From contig OZ219866.1 in the NCBI GenBank assembly GCA_964291675.2, positions 3,296,001 through 3,360,000 of the forward strand: DNA of 64,000 bases. Reading direction: 5' to 3'. Under the pieces are notes generated by a model. The model was not told the origin of the DNA. It saw only the letters and a program-made list of their open reading frames with translations, and ran no database searches. Position 1 is the stretch's first letter. Each line of letters opens with the position of its first letter. Made by a program: the position numbers and the translations under genes. Shown here piece after piece: positions 35,412 through 45,141 of the stretch. Source of the stretch: Alphaproteobacteria bacterium. GTDB lineage: Bacteria; Pseudomonadota; Alphaproteobacteria; MPNO01.

Positions 35412-38164
35412 TGGCCGAGCCGTTCGATGATCGCCGGCACGTGGACCTGGTCGGTCTTGTAGTTGCCGGTGAGCGCGTACATCACCCAGTTGACCCCGAA
35501 GCGATAGGCCATCTCGCGCTGCATCTCGCCCTGCGGCACCACCGGGAACATCGCCGCGCCGAGCCGGTCGACGGCCCAGGCGCCCGACCAGTCGTTGGAC
35601 CCGATGATCACCGACGAGACCCCGTCATTGTGCCGCCCGCCGCGCCGTTCGACCCAGACCCGCCCGCCGCTCCAGCGCCCGGGGAAGTCGCTCAGCAGGT
35701 AGAACGCCTTGGTCAGCACGTGGTCGCGCGGCACCGGGATCAGGGTCGAGACGTCGAGGCCGCGCAGCAGCAGACGCAGATGCCGCCCCGCCGCGCCCTC
35801 GCCGCCCAGCGTGCCGGTCAGGAAGTCGCCGCGCTCCTTGGTGTCGAACAGGATGGTGCCGCCGCTGCGCAGATAGCGGTTGAGCTTTTCCAGGGCGCGG
35901 TCCGAGGGCGGCGGCTGGCGCGTCGACACTGCCCAGTAGAGCAGCGGGAAGAGGGCGAGCTCGTCGCGCTCCGGATCGACCCCGAGCGGCTCGCCCGGCT
36001 CGACCGAGGTGCGCAGGCGCAGCACCCTTGTGAGCCCGGCGAGCCCGGCGCGCGAGACCTCGTCCGTCGCGCGGTCGCGGGTGATCACATAGGCGAGGCG
36101 GGTCTCCAGCGTCGCATGCAGCGCCCGCGCGTCGGGGCCGATATGCGCCCGCCCGCCCGACTGGGCGTCGGCGGTCCCGCCGGGGGCGAGCACGGCCAGC
36201 ATCGCCGCCGCCGCGACCCCGGCCGCCTTCGGCGGGCGCAGCCGCACCAGCCCCCGCATGACCAGCCCGATCGCGGTGTCGGCGATCGCCAGCGCGAGCG
36301 CCGCGAGCAGCAGCCAGGGCGCGAGCGGGAGCGTCGCGCCGGTCTCGCGGTAGCCGGAGCGCGCGACGCCGGCCGGGAGCGGGCCGAGCGGTTTGGGCGC
36401 CGCCACCCCGTCGGCCAGGTTGAGCGCCTGGCGCGCCGTGTCGGTGCCGTAATAGCCGGGCGGCGAGGCCGGGCCCGGCGCCGGCGGCTCGGCACCCAGC
36501 GCCGCGATCGCCGCCGCCGCGGCCGGCGGGTCGCCCAGCGCGCCGAACCCGTCGAGGGTCTGGAGCGGCGCCAGGCTCGCCCGCCTGTCCCCGCCGACCA
36601 CGCCCTGCGACAGATCGACCATGCGCCGCAGCAGGTCGACGAACAGGCCGGAGATCGGCAGGTTGGACCAGTCGGTGTTGGCGGTGACGTGGACCAGCAC
36701 CAGCCAGCCCAGACCCTGGCGTTCGGCGGTGATCAGCGGGGTGCCGTCGCTCAGCCGCGCCCAGGTCTTGTCGTTGAGCTGCAGCGAGGGTTCGGCGAGG
36801 ACCTGGCGCCGCACCCGGACGTCGTGCGGGATCTCCAGCCCGAAGAACGGGCTCGCCTCCGCGAACGGCGCGAGCCTGGCCGGCGCGGTCCAGGAGAGCG
36901 CGCCGCCGAGCACCCTGCCGCCGCTCCTGAGCTTGACCGGCAGCAGCGAATCGGCGTTGCGGGCGAGCTTCGGGCCGGAGAACCGGACGGCGACGCCGCC
37001 GCGCCCGATCCAGCGCGCGAGGCCGTCCGCCTCCTCGCCGCCGAGCCGGCCGATATCGGCGAGCACGATGACCGAGAACGGCTCGGCGACGAGCTCGCCC
37101 AGCGTCCCGCGGGTCACCTCGCTGAACGGCTCCAGCGCGCGCTGCAGGAAATAGAGCGCGCTCAACAGCGGCTGGTCGGCGTCGGCGGTGTCGCCCGAGA
37201 CCAGGCCGACCGGGCGCCGCCGCCAGCGCTCGTCGAGCAGGAAGACCCCGCCCGCCGTGCGCTCGTCCTCGATCTCCAGCCGCGCGACCGCGTTCCTCAG
37301 CCGCGGCGGCAGGGCGAAGCGGATCTTGCCGCTCCGCTCGCCCGGCGCGAAGGACACCCGCTCGCGGGCCAGCACGCGGCCGTCCTCGGCCACCGCGCGA
37401 ACCCAGCGCGCCGCGCGCTCCCCGTCATCGGCGCGTTCGACCGCGGCCTCGATGCCGCCGGGATCGCCCCCCGCGCCGCGCAGCAGCAGCGCGGTCGAGC
37501 GGCCGCCGGGGGCGAGGACGTCGAGGCTGCCGAGGCGTTGCAGGCGGAGCGCGAGGTCCCTTGTCGCCGCGCCCTCCAGCCCGTCGCTCAGCCACACCGA
37601 GTGGGCCGAGCCGTCGATGGCGAGCGATTCCGAGGCGGCCAGCAGGGCGCGGTGATCCGCCGCCCAGGGCCGCGGCTCGACCGCGCGCAGGATCTCGCGC
37701 GCCTCCTCGGCGCGCAGCGGGTCGGAGAACCCGGCCGGCCCGCCGTCGCCGGCCCGCGCGGCGGTCGCCAGCCGCACCGGCCGGTTGTCGCGCTCCGCCC
37801 GGTCGAGCAGCTCGTTCCAGGCCGCCACCCGGTCCTGCCAGTTGCGCGCGGAGGCCCAGCCGTTGTCGACGATGAGGATCAGCGGGCCCGAGCCGCGCAG
37901 CCCCGCGGTCGGGTTCAGCACCGGCCCGGCCAGCGCCAGGATGATCAGCGCGGCGATGAGGCAGCGCAGCACGATCAGCCAGAGCGGCGTGCGGGCCGGC
38001 GATTCCTCGGGCGAGCGCAGGCCGAGGACGAGGCGGATCGGCGGGAAGGCGACCAGCCTCGGCGCCGGCGGGGTGACGCGCAGCAGCCACCAGATCAGCG
38101 GCAGGACGAGCCCGGCGAGCAGGAACCAGGGGGCGGCGAAGCCGAGCGCGCTGAGGCCGGCCAC
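35408..38164 (-). CDS. BatA N-terminal / DUF4159 domain protein
   Basis: FAAPWFLLAG..WWLLRVTPP..FPP double-TM start; C-terminal FPLLYW, HVLTKAFYLL, FGVNWVMYALTGNYKTDQVH. Confidence 0.85.
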   Translation of the reverse strand: MAGLSALGFAAPWFLLAGLVLPLIWWLLRVTPPAPRLVAFPPIRLVLGLRSPEESPARTPLWLIVLRCLIAALIILALAGPVLNPTAGLRGSGPLILIVDNGWASARNWQDRVAAWNELLDRAERDNRPVRLATAARAGDGGPAGFSDPLRAEEAREILRAVEPRPWAADHRALLAASESLAIDGSAHSVWLSDGLEGAATRDLALRLQRLGSLDVLAPGGRSTALLLRGAGGDPGGIEAAVERADDGERAARWVRAVAEDGRVLARERVSFAPGERSGKIRFALPPRLRNAVARLEIEDERTAGGVFLLDERWRRRPVGLVSGDTADADQPLLSALYFLQRALEPFSEVTRGTLGELVAEPFSVIVLADIGRLGGEEADGLARWIGRGGVAVRFSGPKLARNADSLLPVKLRSGGRVLGGALSWTAPARLAPFAEASPFFGLEIPHDVRVRRQVLAEPSLQLNDKTWARLSDGTPLITAERQGLGWLVLVHVTANTDWSNLPISGLFVDLLRRMVDLSQGVVGGDRRASLAPLQTLDGFGALGDPPAAAAAIAALGAEPPAPGPASPPGYYGTDTARQALNLADGVAAPKPLGPLPAGVARSGYRETGATLPLAPWLLLAALALAIADTAIGLVMRGLVRLRPPKAAGVAAAAMLAVLAPGGTADAQSGGRAHIGPDARALHATLETRLAYVITRDRATDEVSRAGLAGLTRVLRLRTSVEPGEPLGVDPERDELALFPLLYWAVSTRQPPPSDRALEKLNRYLRSGGTILFDTKERGDFLTGTLGGEGAAGRHLRLLLRGLDVSTLIPVPRDHVLTKAFYLLSDFPGRWSGGRVWVERRGGRHNDGVSSVIIGSNDWSGAWAVDRLGAAMFPVVPQGEMQREMAYRFGVNWVMYALTGNYKTDQVHVPAIIERLGQ

Positions 38165-38168
38165 CGCG

Positions 38169-39083
38169 TCACCCCTCGGGCGGCGCGAGCGCCGCGTGCA
38201 ATGCGAGCAGCGCGGTCTGCGGCGGCTGGTCGGTGACATGCGCGGCGACGGTCCAGCCGAGCGATCGCACGATGCCGCCGAGGCCTTCGCGGTGCCGCGC
38301 CATCGCTCCGGCGTAGTCCTCGCGGATATTGCCGACCCGGCCGATCACCACCCCGCCCTCGTCCTCCAGTCCCTCGAAGCGGACCCTTCCATCATAGGGG
38401 AGCGACAGCTCCGCCGGGTCGATCACCCGCAGCAGATGGCCCGCCACGCCCATCGCGGCGAAGTCGCGGATGGTGCGCTCGATCTCGGCGAGCGGCGAGA
38501 GCAGATCGCCCAAGATCACCAGCCGGGCATGGCGCGGCAGGGGCTCGACCGGGGGCAGGCTCGACTCCTCCGCCAGCGCGCGCACCAGGCACTCGGTGAA
38601 GCGTTCCAGCGCGCCGCGGCCCTGGTCCGGGGCGAGGCCCGAGCCGAGCAGCGCGATCCGCTCGCCGCCGCGCACCAGGAGGATCGCCGCCGCGAGCGCC
38701 AGCACCGCCGCGCGCTGCTGCTTGTCGGGCCAGCCCGGGTCCGAGCGGAAGCGCATCGAGGGCGAGGCGTCGCACCAGATCCAGACGCTCTGCGCCGCCT
38801 CCCACTCGGTCTCGCGGACATAGGCGAAGCGCGACTTCGCGGTCTGGCGCCAGTCGATCGACTGCGCGCTGTCGCCGGGCTGGTACTGGCGGAACTGCCA
38901 GAACGTGTCGCCCCGCCCGACCCGCCGCCTGCCGTGAATCCCGGCGATCACCGAGGACGCGATGCGGTCGGCCTCGACCATCAGCTCGGGGATCCGGGCG
39001 GCCGCCTCCTCGGCGCCGCGGCGCAGCGCCGGGCCGGCGCGGTCGGGGGAGATGCCGAACCGGTCTATGCGAGGGGTGCGCAC
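38169..39083 (-). CDS. DUF58 domain protein
   Basis: GIHGRRRVGRGDTFWQFRQYQPGD...IDWRQTAK; start uncertain. Confidence 0.88.
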   Translation of the reverse strand: MRTPRIDRFGISPDRAGPALRRGAEEAAARIPELMVEADRIASSVIAGIHGRRRVGRGDTFWQFRQYQPGDSAQSIDWRQTAKSRFAYVRETEWEAAQSVWIWCDASPSMRFRSDPGWPDKQQRAAVLALAAAILLVRGGERIALLGSGLAPDQGRGALERFTECLVRALAEESSLPPVEPLPRHARLVILGDLLSPLAEIERTIRDFAAMGVAGHLLRVIDPAELSLPYDGRVRFEGLEDEGGVVIGRVGNIREDYAGAMARHREGLGGIVRSLGWTVAAHVTDQPPQTALLALHAALAPPEG

Positions 39084-40081
39084 AATCTTGCGATGATGTC
39101 GTCGACCGAGATCCCGTCCGCCCGCGCCGCGAAGGTGACCGCCATGCGGTGGCGCAGCACTGGCCCGGCCAGCGCCAGCACGTCGTCGAGCGAGGGCGCG
39201 AGCCGCCCGTCGAGCAGGGCGCGGGCGCGGCTCGCCAGCATCAGCGCCTGGCTCGCCCGCGGACCCGGCCCCCACGCCACCTGGCCGGGGAGTTCCGGGA
39301 TGTCGGTGGTGTCGGGACGCCCGCGCCGCACCAGCTCGAGGATGCCGTTCACCACCGACTCGCCGACCGGGATGGCGCGGACCAGCCGCTGGGCGGCGCG
39401 CAGCTCCTCGCCGGTCAGCACCTGTTCCGCCGGCGCCTCCTCCGCGCCGGTGGTGGCGATCAGCATCTCGCGCTCGGCGTCGAGCTCGGGATAGACGATG
39501 TCGATCTGCAACAGGAAGCGGTCGAGCTGCGCCTCGGGCAGCGGGTAGGTGCCTTCCTGTTCCAGCGGGTTCTGCGTCGCCAGCACGTGGAAGGGCAGGG
39601 GCAGCGGGTGGTAGCGGCCGGCGACCGACACCCGCTGCTCCTGCATCGCCTGGAGCAGCGCCGACTGGGTGCGCGGGCTGGCGCGGTTGATCTCGTCGGC
39701 CATCAGGAGCTGGGCAAACACCGGACCCTGGATGAAGCGGAATCCGCGCCGCCCGGACTCGCTCTCCTCCATGACCTCGGAGCCCAGTATGTCGGCCGGC
39801 ATCAGGTCGGGGGTGAACTGGACCCGCTTGTCGTCCAGACCCAGCACCCCGCCGAGGGTTTCCACCAGCCGGGTCTTGCCGAGACCGGGAAATCCGATGA
39901 GCAGGGCGTGACCGCCGGCGAGAAGGGTGATAAGGGTCTCTTCGACAACCTGTTCCTGGCCGAAAATCACCCGGCCGATGCGGTCGCGCACCATCGCCAT
40001 GCGGTGGCCGAGCGCCTCGATCTCGCTCGCCCGGGGCGGCGTCTCGCCGGCGGTCTGGATGTCGGTCGGCAGGTTGGACAC
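39065..40081 (-). CDS. moxR: MoxR family AAA+ ATPase
   Basis: GFPGLGKT, RVQFTPDLMPAD, DEINRASPRTQSALL, ATQNPLEQEGTYPLPEAQLDRF; start 40081 or 40087. Confidence 0.95.
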   Translation of the reverse strand: MSNLPTDIQTAGETPPRASEIEALGHRMAMVRDRIGRVIFGQEQVVEETLITLLAGGHALLIGFPGLGKTRLVETLGGVLGLDDKRVQFTPDLMPADILGSEVMEESESGRRGFRFIQGPVFAQLLMADEINRASPRTQSALLQAMQEQRVSVAGRYHPLPLPFHVLATQNPLEQEGTYPLPEAQLDRFLLQIDIVYPELDAEREMLIATTGAEEAPAEQVLTGEELRAAQRLVRAIPVGESVVNGILELVRRGRPDTTDIPELPGQVAWGPGPRASQALMLASRARALLDGRLAPSLDDVLALAGPVLRHRMAVTFAARADGISVDDIIARLCAPLA

Positions 40082-40110
40082 GGGCACCTCACGGAGGGCA
40101 GACGCACACG

Positions 40111-40671
40111 ATGTCCGAATCCGATCTCCGCCGCGTCTCGCGCGCCTTGCGACCGCGGCCGGCGGCCGATATCGGCACCGCTTCCGCCCAGCAGTTCTGC
40201 GGCGATATCGACATGCGAATCGCGCGCGACGGGACGTGGTTCTACCACGGCTCGCCGATCGGTCGCAAACCTCTCGTCAAGCTCTTCGCCAGCGTGCTCA
40301 AGCGCGATTCGGCCGGCGACTACTGGCTGGAGACGCCGTTCGAGAAGTGCCGCATCGCGGTCGACGACGCGCCGTTTACCGCCGTGGAGATGTTCGTCGA
40401 GGGCGCCGGCGCGGGGCGCATCATCCGCTTCCGCACCAATATCGACGAGATGGTGAGCGCCGGTCCCGAGCACCCGATCCGCGTCGAGACCGACGCCGGG
40501 AGCGGCGAGCCCGCGCCCTATGTCGGCGTGCGGGACGGGCTGGACGCGCTCATCCTGCGCTCGGTGTTCTACGACCTGGTCGAGCTCGGCGAGGAGGCCG
40601 ACGGCCCCGGCGGTCCGACCGTCCGCGTGCGCAGCGACGGCGCGTTCTTCACCCTCGGCCCGGCGGCGTAG
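40111..40671 (+). CDS. DUF1285 domain protein
   Basis: FCGDIDMRIARDGTWFYHGSPIGRKPLVKLFASVL, TPFEK..VDDAPF. Confidence 0.9.
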   Translation: MSESDLRRVSRALRPRPAADIGTASAQQFCGDIDMRIARDGTWFYHGSPIGRKPLVKLFASVLKRDSAGDYWLETPFEKCRIAVDDAPFTAVEMFVEGAGAGRIIRFRTNIDEMVSAGPEHPIRVETDAGSGEPAPYVGVRDGLDALILRSVFYDLVELGEEADGPGGPTVRVRSDGAFFTLGPAA

Positions 40672-40681
40672 GCCCGGTCGC

Positions 40682-41290
40682 GTGATCGACACAAGCAGCG
40701 ACGGCATAAGGGCGGCCTTCGACGGCCCCGGCATCGCCGCCGGCGACGGTCCCGACTGGCGCGCGGCGAACGGCGCGGCGGGCGACGCAAGGGGGTTGAC
40801 GCCGGCCGCGGTGCTGGTCCCGATCGTGCGCCGCGACGACGCGCCGACCGTCCTGTTCACCCGCCGGACCGACCACCTGAAATCCCATTCGGGGCAGATC
40901 TCCTTCCCCGGCGGGCGCATCGAGGAGCGCGACGATTCGCCCGAGGCGGCGGCGCTGCGCGAGACCGGCGAGGAGATCGGCCTCGCCGCCGGCGACGTCG
41001 AGCTGCTCGGGCGGCTCGACCTGCGCGAGACCGGCACCGGCTATCGCGTGTTTCCCGTGGTCGGCATGGTGGTCCCGCCGCTCGCCCTGGTGCCCGACGC
41101 GCACGAGGTGGCGGAGATATTCGAGGTGCCGCTCGCCTTCCTGGTCGACCCCGCCAACCACCGCTTCGAGACCCGGGTGAGCGGCAATGTGGAGCGCCAG
41201 TTCTACGCCATTCCCTACGGCTCCCATTTCATCTGGGGGCTGACCGCGCGAATCCTGGTCAATCTGGGGGAGGTGCTGCGACGGCCATGA
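40682..41290 (+). CDS. CoA pyrophosphatase (Nudix, NudL/Pcd1-like)
   Basis: AAVLVP, HSGQISFPGGR..AALRETGEEIG, IWGLTARIL; start uncertain. Confidence 0.9.
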   Translation: MIDTSSDGIRAAFDGPGIAAGDGPDWRAANGAAGDARGLTPAAVLVPIVRRDDAPTVLFTRRTDHLKSHSGQISFPGGRIEERDDSPEAAALRETGEEIGLAAGDVELLGRLDLRETGTGYRVFPVVGMVVPPLALVPDAHEVAEIFEVPLAFLVDPANHRFETRVSGNVERQFYAIPYGSHFIWGLTARILVNLGEVLRRP

Positions 41291-41574
41291 CGCGGATCCT
41301 GCTCACCTACATCCTGCCTTTGGTCCTGCCCGCGCTGGTCTGGTACCTGTGGCACCAGTTCCGCCCGCAGCGGCCCGGCGAGGAGAAGAAGAAGGGCTGG
41401 CGGGCGGCGCCGGTGCCGCAGCTCGCCGTCGCCGGACTGGTGCTTCTCGCCGCCACGCTCGGCGCCTATGCGCTGCTGGTCGGCGGCGATCCGGGCGAGG
41501 TCTACCAGCCCGCCCGGCTGATCGACGGCGAGGTCGTGCCCGGGCAGCATTCCGACGCCCCGGGCGGCAACTGA
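41287..41574 (+). CDS. Small two-TM membrane protein (DUF6111-like)
   Basis: Two hydrophobic segments; C-terminal YQPARLIDGEVVPG; lies between the Nudix and cca genes. Confidence 0.8.
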   Translation: MTRILLTYILPLVLPALVWYLWHQFRPQRPGEEKKKGWRAAPVPQLAVAGLVLLAATLGAYALLVGGDPGEVYQPARLIDGEVVPGQHSDAPGGN

Positions 41575-41621
41575 ACGGCGTCTCCTTGCGACCGGCGGGA
41601 CGCATCGAACCCCGGGAGTGG

Positions 41622-42827
41622 ATGACCGCGCCGGCGGCGCGCACCCTGCTCGCCGCGCTGGCGGGCGGCGGCGCGACGTCGCGCTTCGTCGGCGGCTGCG
41701 TGCGCGACACCCTCGCCGGCCGTCCCGTGCACGACATCGACATCGCCACCGAGGCGACCCCCGACCGGGCGGTGGCGCTGCTCCGGGCGCGCGGCATCCG
41801 CACGATCCCGACCGGGCTCGCCCACGGCACGCTGACCGCGCTGGTCGAGGGCGAGCTGTTCGAGGTCACCACGCTGCGCCGCGACGTGGAGACCGACGGG
41901 CGCCGCGCCGTGGTCGCCTTCACCGGCGACTGGCTGGCCGATGCCGCGCGCCGCGATTTTACCGTCAACGCGCTCTATCTCGACGCCGACGGCACGCTCT
42001 ACGACCCGACCGGCGGGCGCGCCGACCTCGAGTCCGGGCGGGTGCGCTTCGTCGGCGCGGCGCGCGAGCGGCTGGCCGAGGACGTGCTGCGGCTGCTGCG
42101 CTTCTTCCGCTTCCACGCAAGCTACGGCGCCGGCGCGCCGGACCCGGACGCGATGGCCGCCTGCACCGACTTCGCGCCGCGCCTGGCCGGCCTGTCGGGC
42201 GAGCGGGTCTGGGCCGAGCTCGGCAGGATCCTGGGCGCGCCCGATCCGGGCGGGACGCTGCGCCTGATGGACCGGGCCGGCGCGCTCGCCCCCATCGTCC
42301 CCGGCGCGACCGCCTTCGCCCGGCTCGACGGCGTCGTGGGGGTCGAGGCGGCGCTCGGCCTCGGCGCCGCGGCGATCCGCCGCCTCGCCGCCGTGCTCGA
42401 CGCCGACGAAGCGGAGACCGGCCGCCTCGCCCGGCGGCTGCGCATGTCGCGCGCCGAGGCGGCGCGGCTCGAAAAAGCCGTGGCGGCTTCCGGCGCGCTG
42501 ATCGGAGACCCCGATCCCGCCGCGTCCGGCTGCCGGCTCTACCGCTGGGGCGAGGAGGCGTTCGCCGACGCGCTCGCCATCGCCTGGGCCGGGCGCCGCG
42601 CGGACGGCGGCGACGAGGCCGGCTTCGAGCAGGCCGCCCGCGCGCTGGCCGCGTGGCGGCGCCCGGTCTTCCCCCTCGGCGGCCGGGACGCGATCGCGCT
42701 CGGCGCGCCGCCCGGGCCGGCGGTCGGAAGCCTGCTGCGCGAGGTCGAGGCGTGGTGGATCGCCGAGGGTTTCGCGCCCGGCCGCGACGCCTGCCTCGCC
42801 CGCCTCGCCGCCGCGGCGGCAAGCTGA
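41622..42827 (+). CDS. CCA tRNA nucleotidyltransferase / poly(A) polymerase family
   Basis: FVGGCVRD..DIDIAT, TGLAHGT, EVTTLRRD, DAARRDFTVNAL, EDVLRLLRFFRF; the start could be slightly upstream (TTG 41586). Confidence 0.92.
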   Translation: MTAPAARTLLAALAGGGATSRFVGGCVRDTLAGRPVHDIDIATEATPDRAVALLRARGIRTIPTGLAHGTLTALVEGELFEVTTLRRDVETDGRRAVVAFTGDWLADAARRDFTVNALYLDADGTLYDPTGGRADLESGRVRFVGAARERLAEDVLRLLRFFRFHASYGAGAPDPDAMAACTDFAPRLAGLSGERVWAELGRILGAPDPGGTLRLMDRAGALAPIVPGATAFARLDGVVGVEAALGLGAAAIRRLAAVLDADEAETGRLARRLRMSRAEAARLEKAVAASGALIGDPDPAASGCRLYRWGEEAFADALAIAWAGRRADGGDEAGFEQAARALAAWRRPVFPLGGRDAIALGAPPGPAVGSLLREVEAWWIAEGFAPGRDACLARLAAAAAS

Positions 42828-42836
42828 AGGGAAGGC

Positions 42837-44372
42837 ATGCAGACCGCGTTCGACCTTGTCTGGCTGTCCGCCGAGCGGACCCCGGACCGCATCGCCATCG
42901 TCGACGACCTCACGGACCGCTCGCTCACCTATGCGGCGCTGATCGCCGAGATCGAGAGCGTCGCCGCCGGCCTGGCCGCGCGCGGGCTGGGCGCCGGCGA
43001 CCGGGTGGCGACGGTGCTTCCCGGCAGCTTCGACCACGCCGTCCTCCTGCTCGCGTTGCAGCGCCTGGCCGCGGTGCCGATGCTGCTCAACCACCGGCTC
43101 GGCCCGGCCGACATCGCCGCGCTCGCCGCCCACGGCGAGGCGCGGGCCGCAATCGTCGGGCCCGACCGGGCGCTCGCCGCCGCCGCCGCGGATGCGCTCC
43201 CCGACGGCGCGCCGGTACTCGCCCCGGCAGACTTGGCCGCCTGCCGGGGCGATCCGGCGCGGCTGGGCGAGCCGCCGCGCCCCGGCCGCGAGGACCCCGC
43301 CTTCGTGTTCTACACCTCGGGCACCACCGGCCTGCCCAAGGGCGTGGTGCTCGCCCAGCGCACCACCGAGCACCGCGTCCTCTGGCTCTCCACCCAGGCC
43401 GGTCTGCGCCATGGCGGGCACAACCGGACGCTCGGCTTCATGCCGCTCAGCCACGCCATCGGCTTCTACGGCGTGTTCCTGGTCACCCTCGCCTTCGGCG
43501 GCACCTATTACGCGATGACCAGCTTCGATCCGGCGGCGGCGGTCGAGATGACCGAGCGCCACGCGATCACCTACATGTTCGCGGTGCCGACGCTCTATCA
43601 CGCGATGACCCGGGCGCCCGGCTACGCGCCCGAGCGGATGCGCTCGCTGGAGCTGGTGCTGTTCGGCGGCGGGGTGATCGAGCCTGCGCTGATCCGCCAC
43701 ATCGACCGGCACTGGCCGGCGGCGATCCGCCACATCTACGGCACCACCGAGACCATGTGCTCGCTCTACAACCCCGACCCGGTGGACCGCCCGGCCTCGC
43801 TCCGCCCCGGCTTCTATTCGCGCACCAGGGCGGTCCGGCTCGGCGGCGGCCCCGACGACGCGGTGGGTCCCGGCGAGGAGGGCGAGCTGATCATCGACGC
43901 CAGCGCGGATGCGACCTTCTCGGGCTATCTCAACCGGCCCGAGGCGACGGCCGAGAAGCTGCGCGGCGGCTGGTACTATTCGGGCGACATCGTCGAGGTC
44001 GAGGCCGACGGCGATCTCAGGCTGCGCGGGCGGGTCGACGACGTGATCCGCTCGGGCGGCGAGAACATCCACCCCGGGGAGGTCGAGGCCGCGCTCGCCG
44101 CCCATCCCGGAATCGCCGATTGCTGCGTCATCGGCCTGCCCGATGCGCGCTGGGGCGAGGCGGTGCTCGCCTGCGTCGTCGCCGCCGGCGAAGCGCCCGC
44201 GGCGGCCGCGCTCGACGCCCATTGCCGGGCGGGCGGCCTCGCCGGGTTCAAGCGGCCCAAGGGGTATCTCTTCGTCGACGCGCTGCCGCGCAACGCGGCC
44301 AACAAGGTGCTGCGCCGCGAGCTCCGCCAGACCGCCGAGGCGGGCGCGGACGCGATCCGGCGGCCGGGCTGA
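42837..44372 (+). CDS. 4-chlorobenzoate-CoA ligase-like aryl-CoA ligase
   Basis: FYTSGTTGLPK, RVLWLSTQAGLRHGGHN..LGFMPLSH, IYGTTETMCSLY, SGGENIHP, LPRNAANKVLRR closely resemble the CBL/FcbA sequence as I recall it. Confidence 0.8.
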   Translation: MQTAFDLVWLSAERTPDRIAIVDDLTDRSLTYAALIAEIESVAAGLAARGLGAGDRVATVLPGSFDHAVLLLALQRLAAVPMLLNHRLGPADIAALAAHGEARAAIVGPDRALAAAAADALPDGAPVLAPADLAACRGDPARLGEPPRPGREDPAFVFYTSGTTGLPKGVVLAQRTTEHRVLWLSTQAGLRHGGHNRTLGFMPLSHAIGFYGVFLVTLAFGGTYYAMTSFDPAAAVEMTERHAITYMFAVPTLYHAMTRAPGYAPERMRSLELVLFGGGVIEPALIRHIDRHWPAAIRHIYGTTETMCSLYNPDPVDRPASLRPGFYSRTRAVRLGGGPDDAVGPGEEGELIIDASADATFSGYLNRPEATAEKLRGGWYYSGDIVEVEADGDLRLRGRVDDVIRSGGENIHPGEVEAALAAHPGIADCCVIGLPDARWGEAVLACVVAAGEAPAAAALDAHCRAGGLAGFKRPKGYLFVDALPRNAANKVLRRELRQTAEAGADAIRRPG

Positions 44373-44380
44373 AGCGGCCG

Positions 44381-44626
44381 CTACGCCAGTACGCGGGCGA
44401 TGGTAACGATCGCGCTCGCGATCATGCCGAGCGCGGCCACGCCCAGCGTGCCGATCAGCCAGCGCAGCATCCTGGTCTCGCGCTCGGCGATCAGCGCCTT
44501 GACCTCGGCGACCAGCGCCTTGACCGCGCCGATGTCTTCCTTGGTGGCGAGATAGTCGATGCGGGCTTCGAGGGCCCCGACCCGACTATCCAGCTCGTGC
44601 ATCCCGCCGGCCGCTGTCTGCGCCAT
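44381..44626 (-). CDS. Small coiled-coil protein with C-terminal TM (copy 1)
   Basis: LEARIDYLATKEDIGAVKAL...ETRMLRWLIGTLGVAAL; DUF1640/CCDC90-like ATKED motif. Confidence 0.75.
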   Translation of the reverse strand: MAQTAAGGMHELDSRVGALEARIDYLATKEDIGAVKALVAEVKALIAERETRMLRWLIGTLGVAALGMIASAIVTIARVLA

Positions 44627-44758
44627 GAAGCCTCTCCCGCACCGACTGCAACTTACTATAGATGGATATCGAGGGATATTCCACTCCGAGCGGATATCCG
44701 TTCCGCCCGCGGGCCATGACGTGGCTGGAGTGCTGTGCGAGCGCGCGCGAGCCGCCGA

Positions 44759-44983
44759 TCAGGCCAGTACGCGGGCGATGGTAACGATCGCGCTCGCGAT
44801 CATGCCGAGCGCGGCCACGCCCAGCGTGCCGACCAGCCAGCGCAGCATCCTGGTCTCCAGGTCGGCGATCAGCGCCTTGACTTCGCCGATGTCTTCCTTG
44901 GTGGCGAGATAATCCATACGGGCTTCCAGGGCCCTGACCCGGCTACCCAGCTCGTTCATCCCATCGGCTGCCGCCTGCGCCAT
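44759..44983 (-). CDS. Small coiled-coil protein with C-terminal TM (copy 2)
   Basis: MAQAAADGMNELGSRVRALEARMDYLATKEDIGEVKALIADLETRMLRWLVG; tandem paralog that also shares upstream sequence. Confidence 0.75.
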   Translation of the reverse strand: MAQAAADGMNELGSRVRALEARMDYLATKEDIGEVKALIADLETRMLRWLVGTLGVAALGMIASAIVTIARVLA

Positions 44984-45141
44984 GAAAGCTCTCCCGCACC
45001 GACTGCAACCTGTTATAGGTGCATGCAGAGCGAGTTTCCACCGCGAGCCGATAAACGTCCCGCCCGCACCCCTATTGCCGGTTAACATTCCCGCCGTTTC
45101 GGCCTATGGTTGCGGCGTGCCCATGAGCGGGGGTGACGACG

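Noticed and set aside
33348-42827. MoxR-DUF58-BatA operon and DUF1285-Nudix-cca block as a novel system
   Set aside because: Commonly conserved arrangement in alphaproteobacteria.
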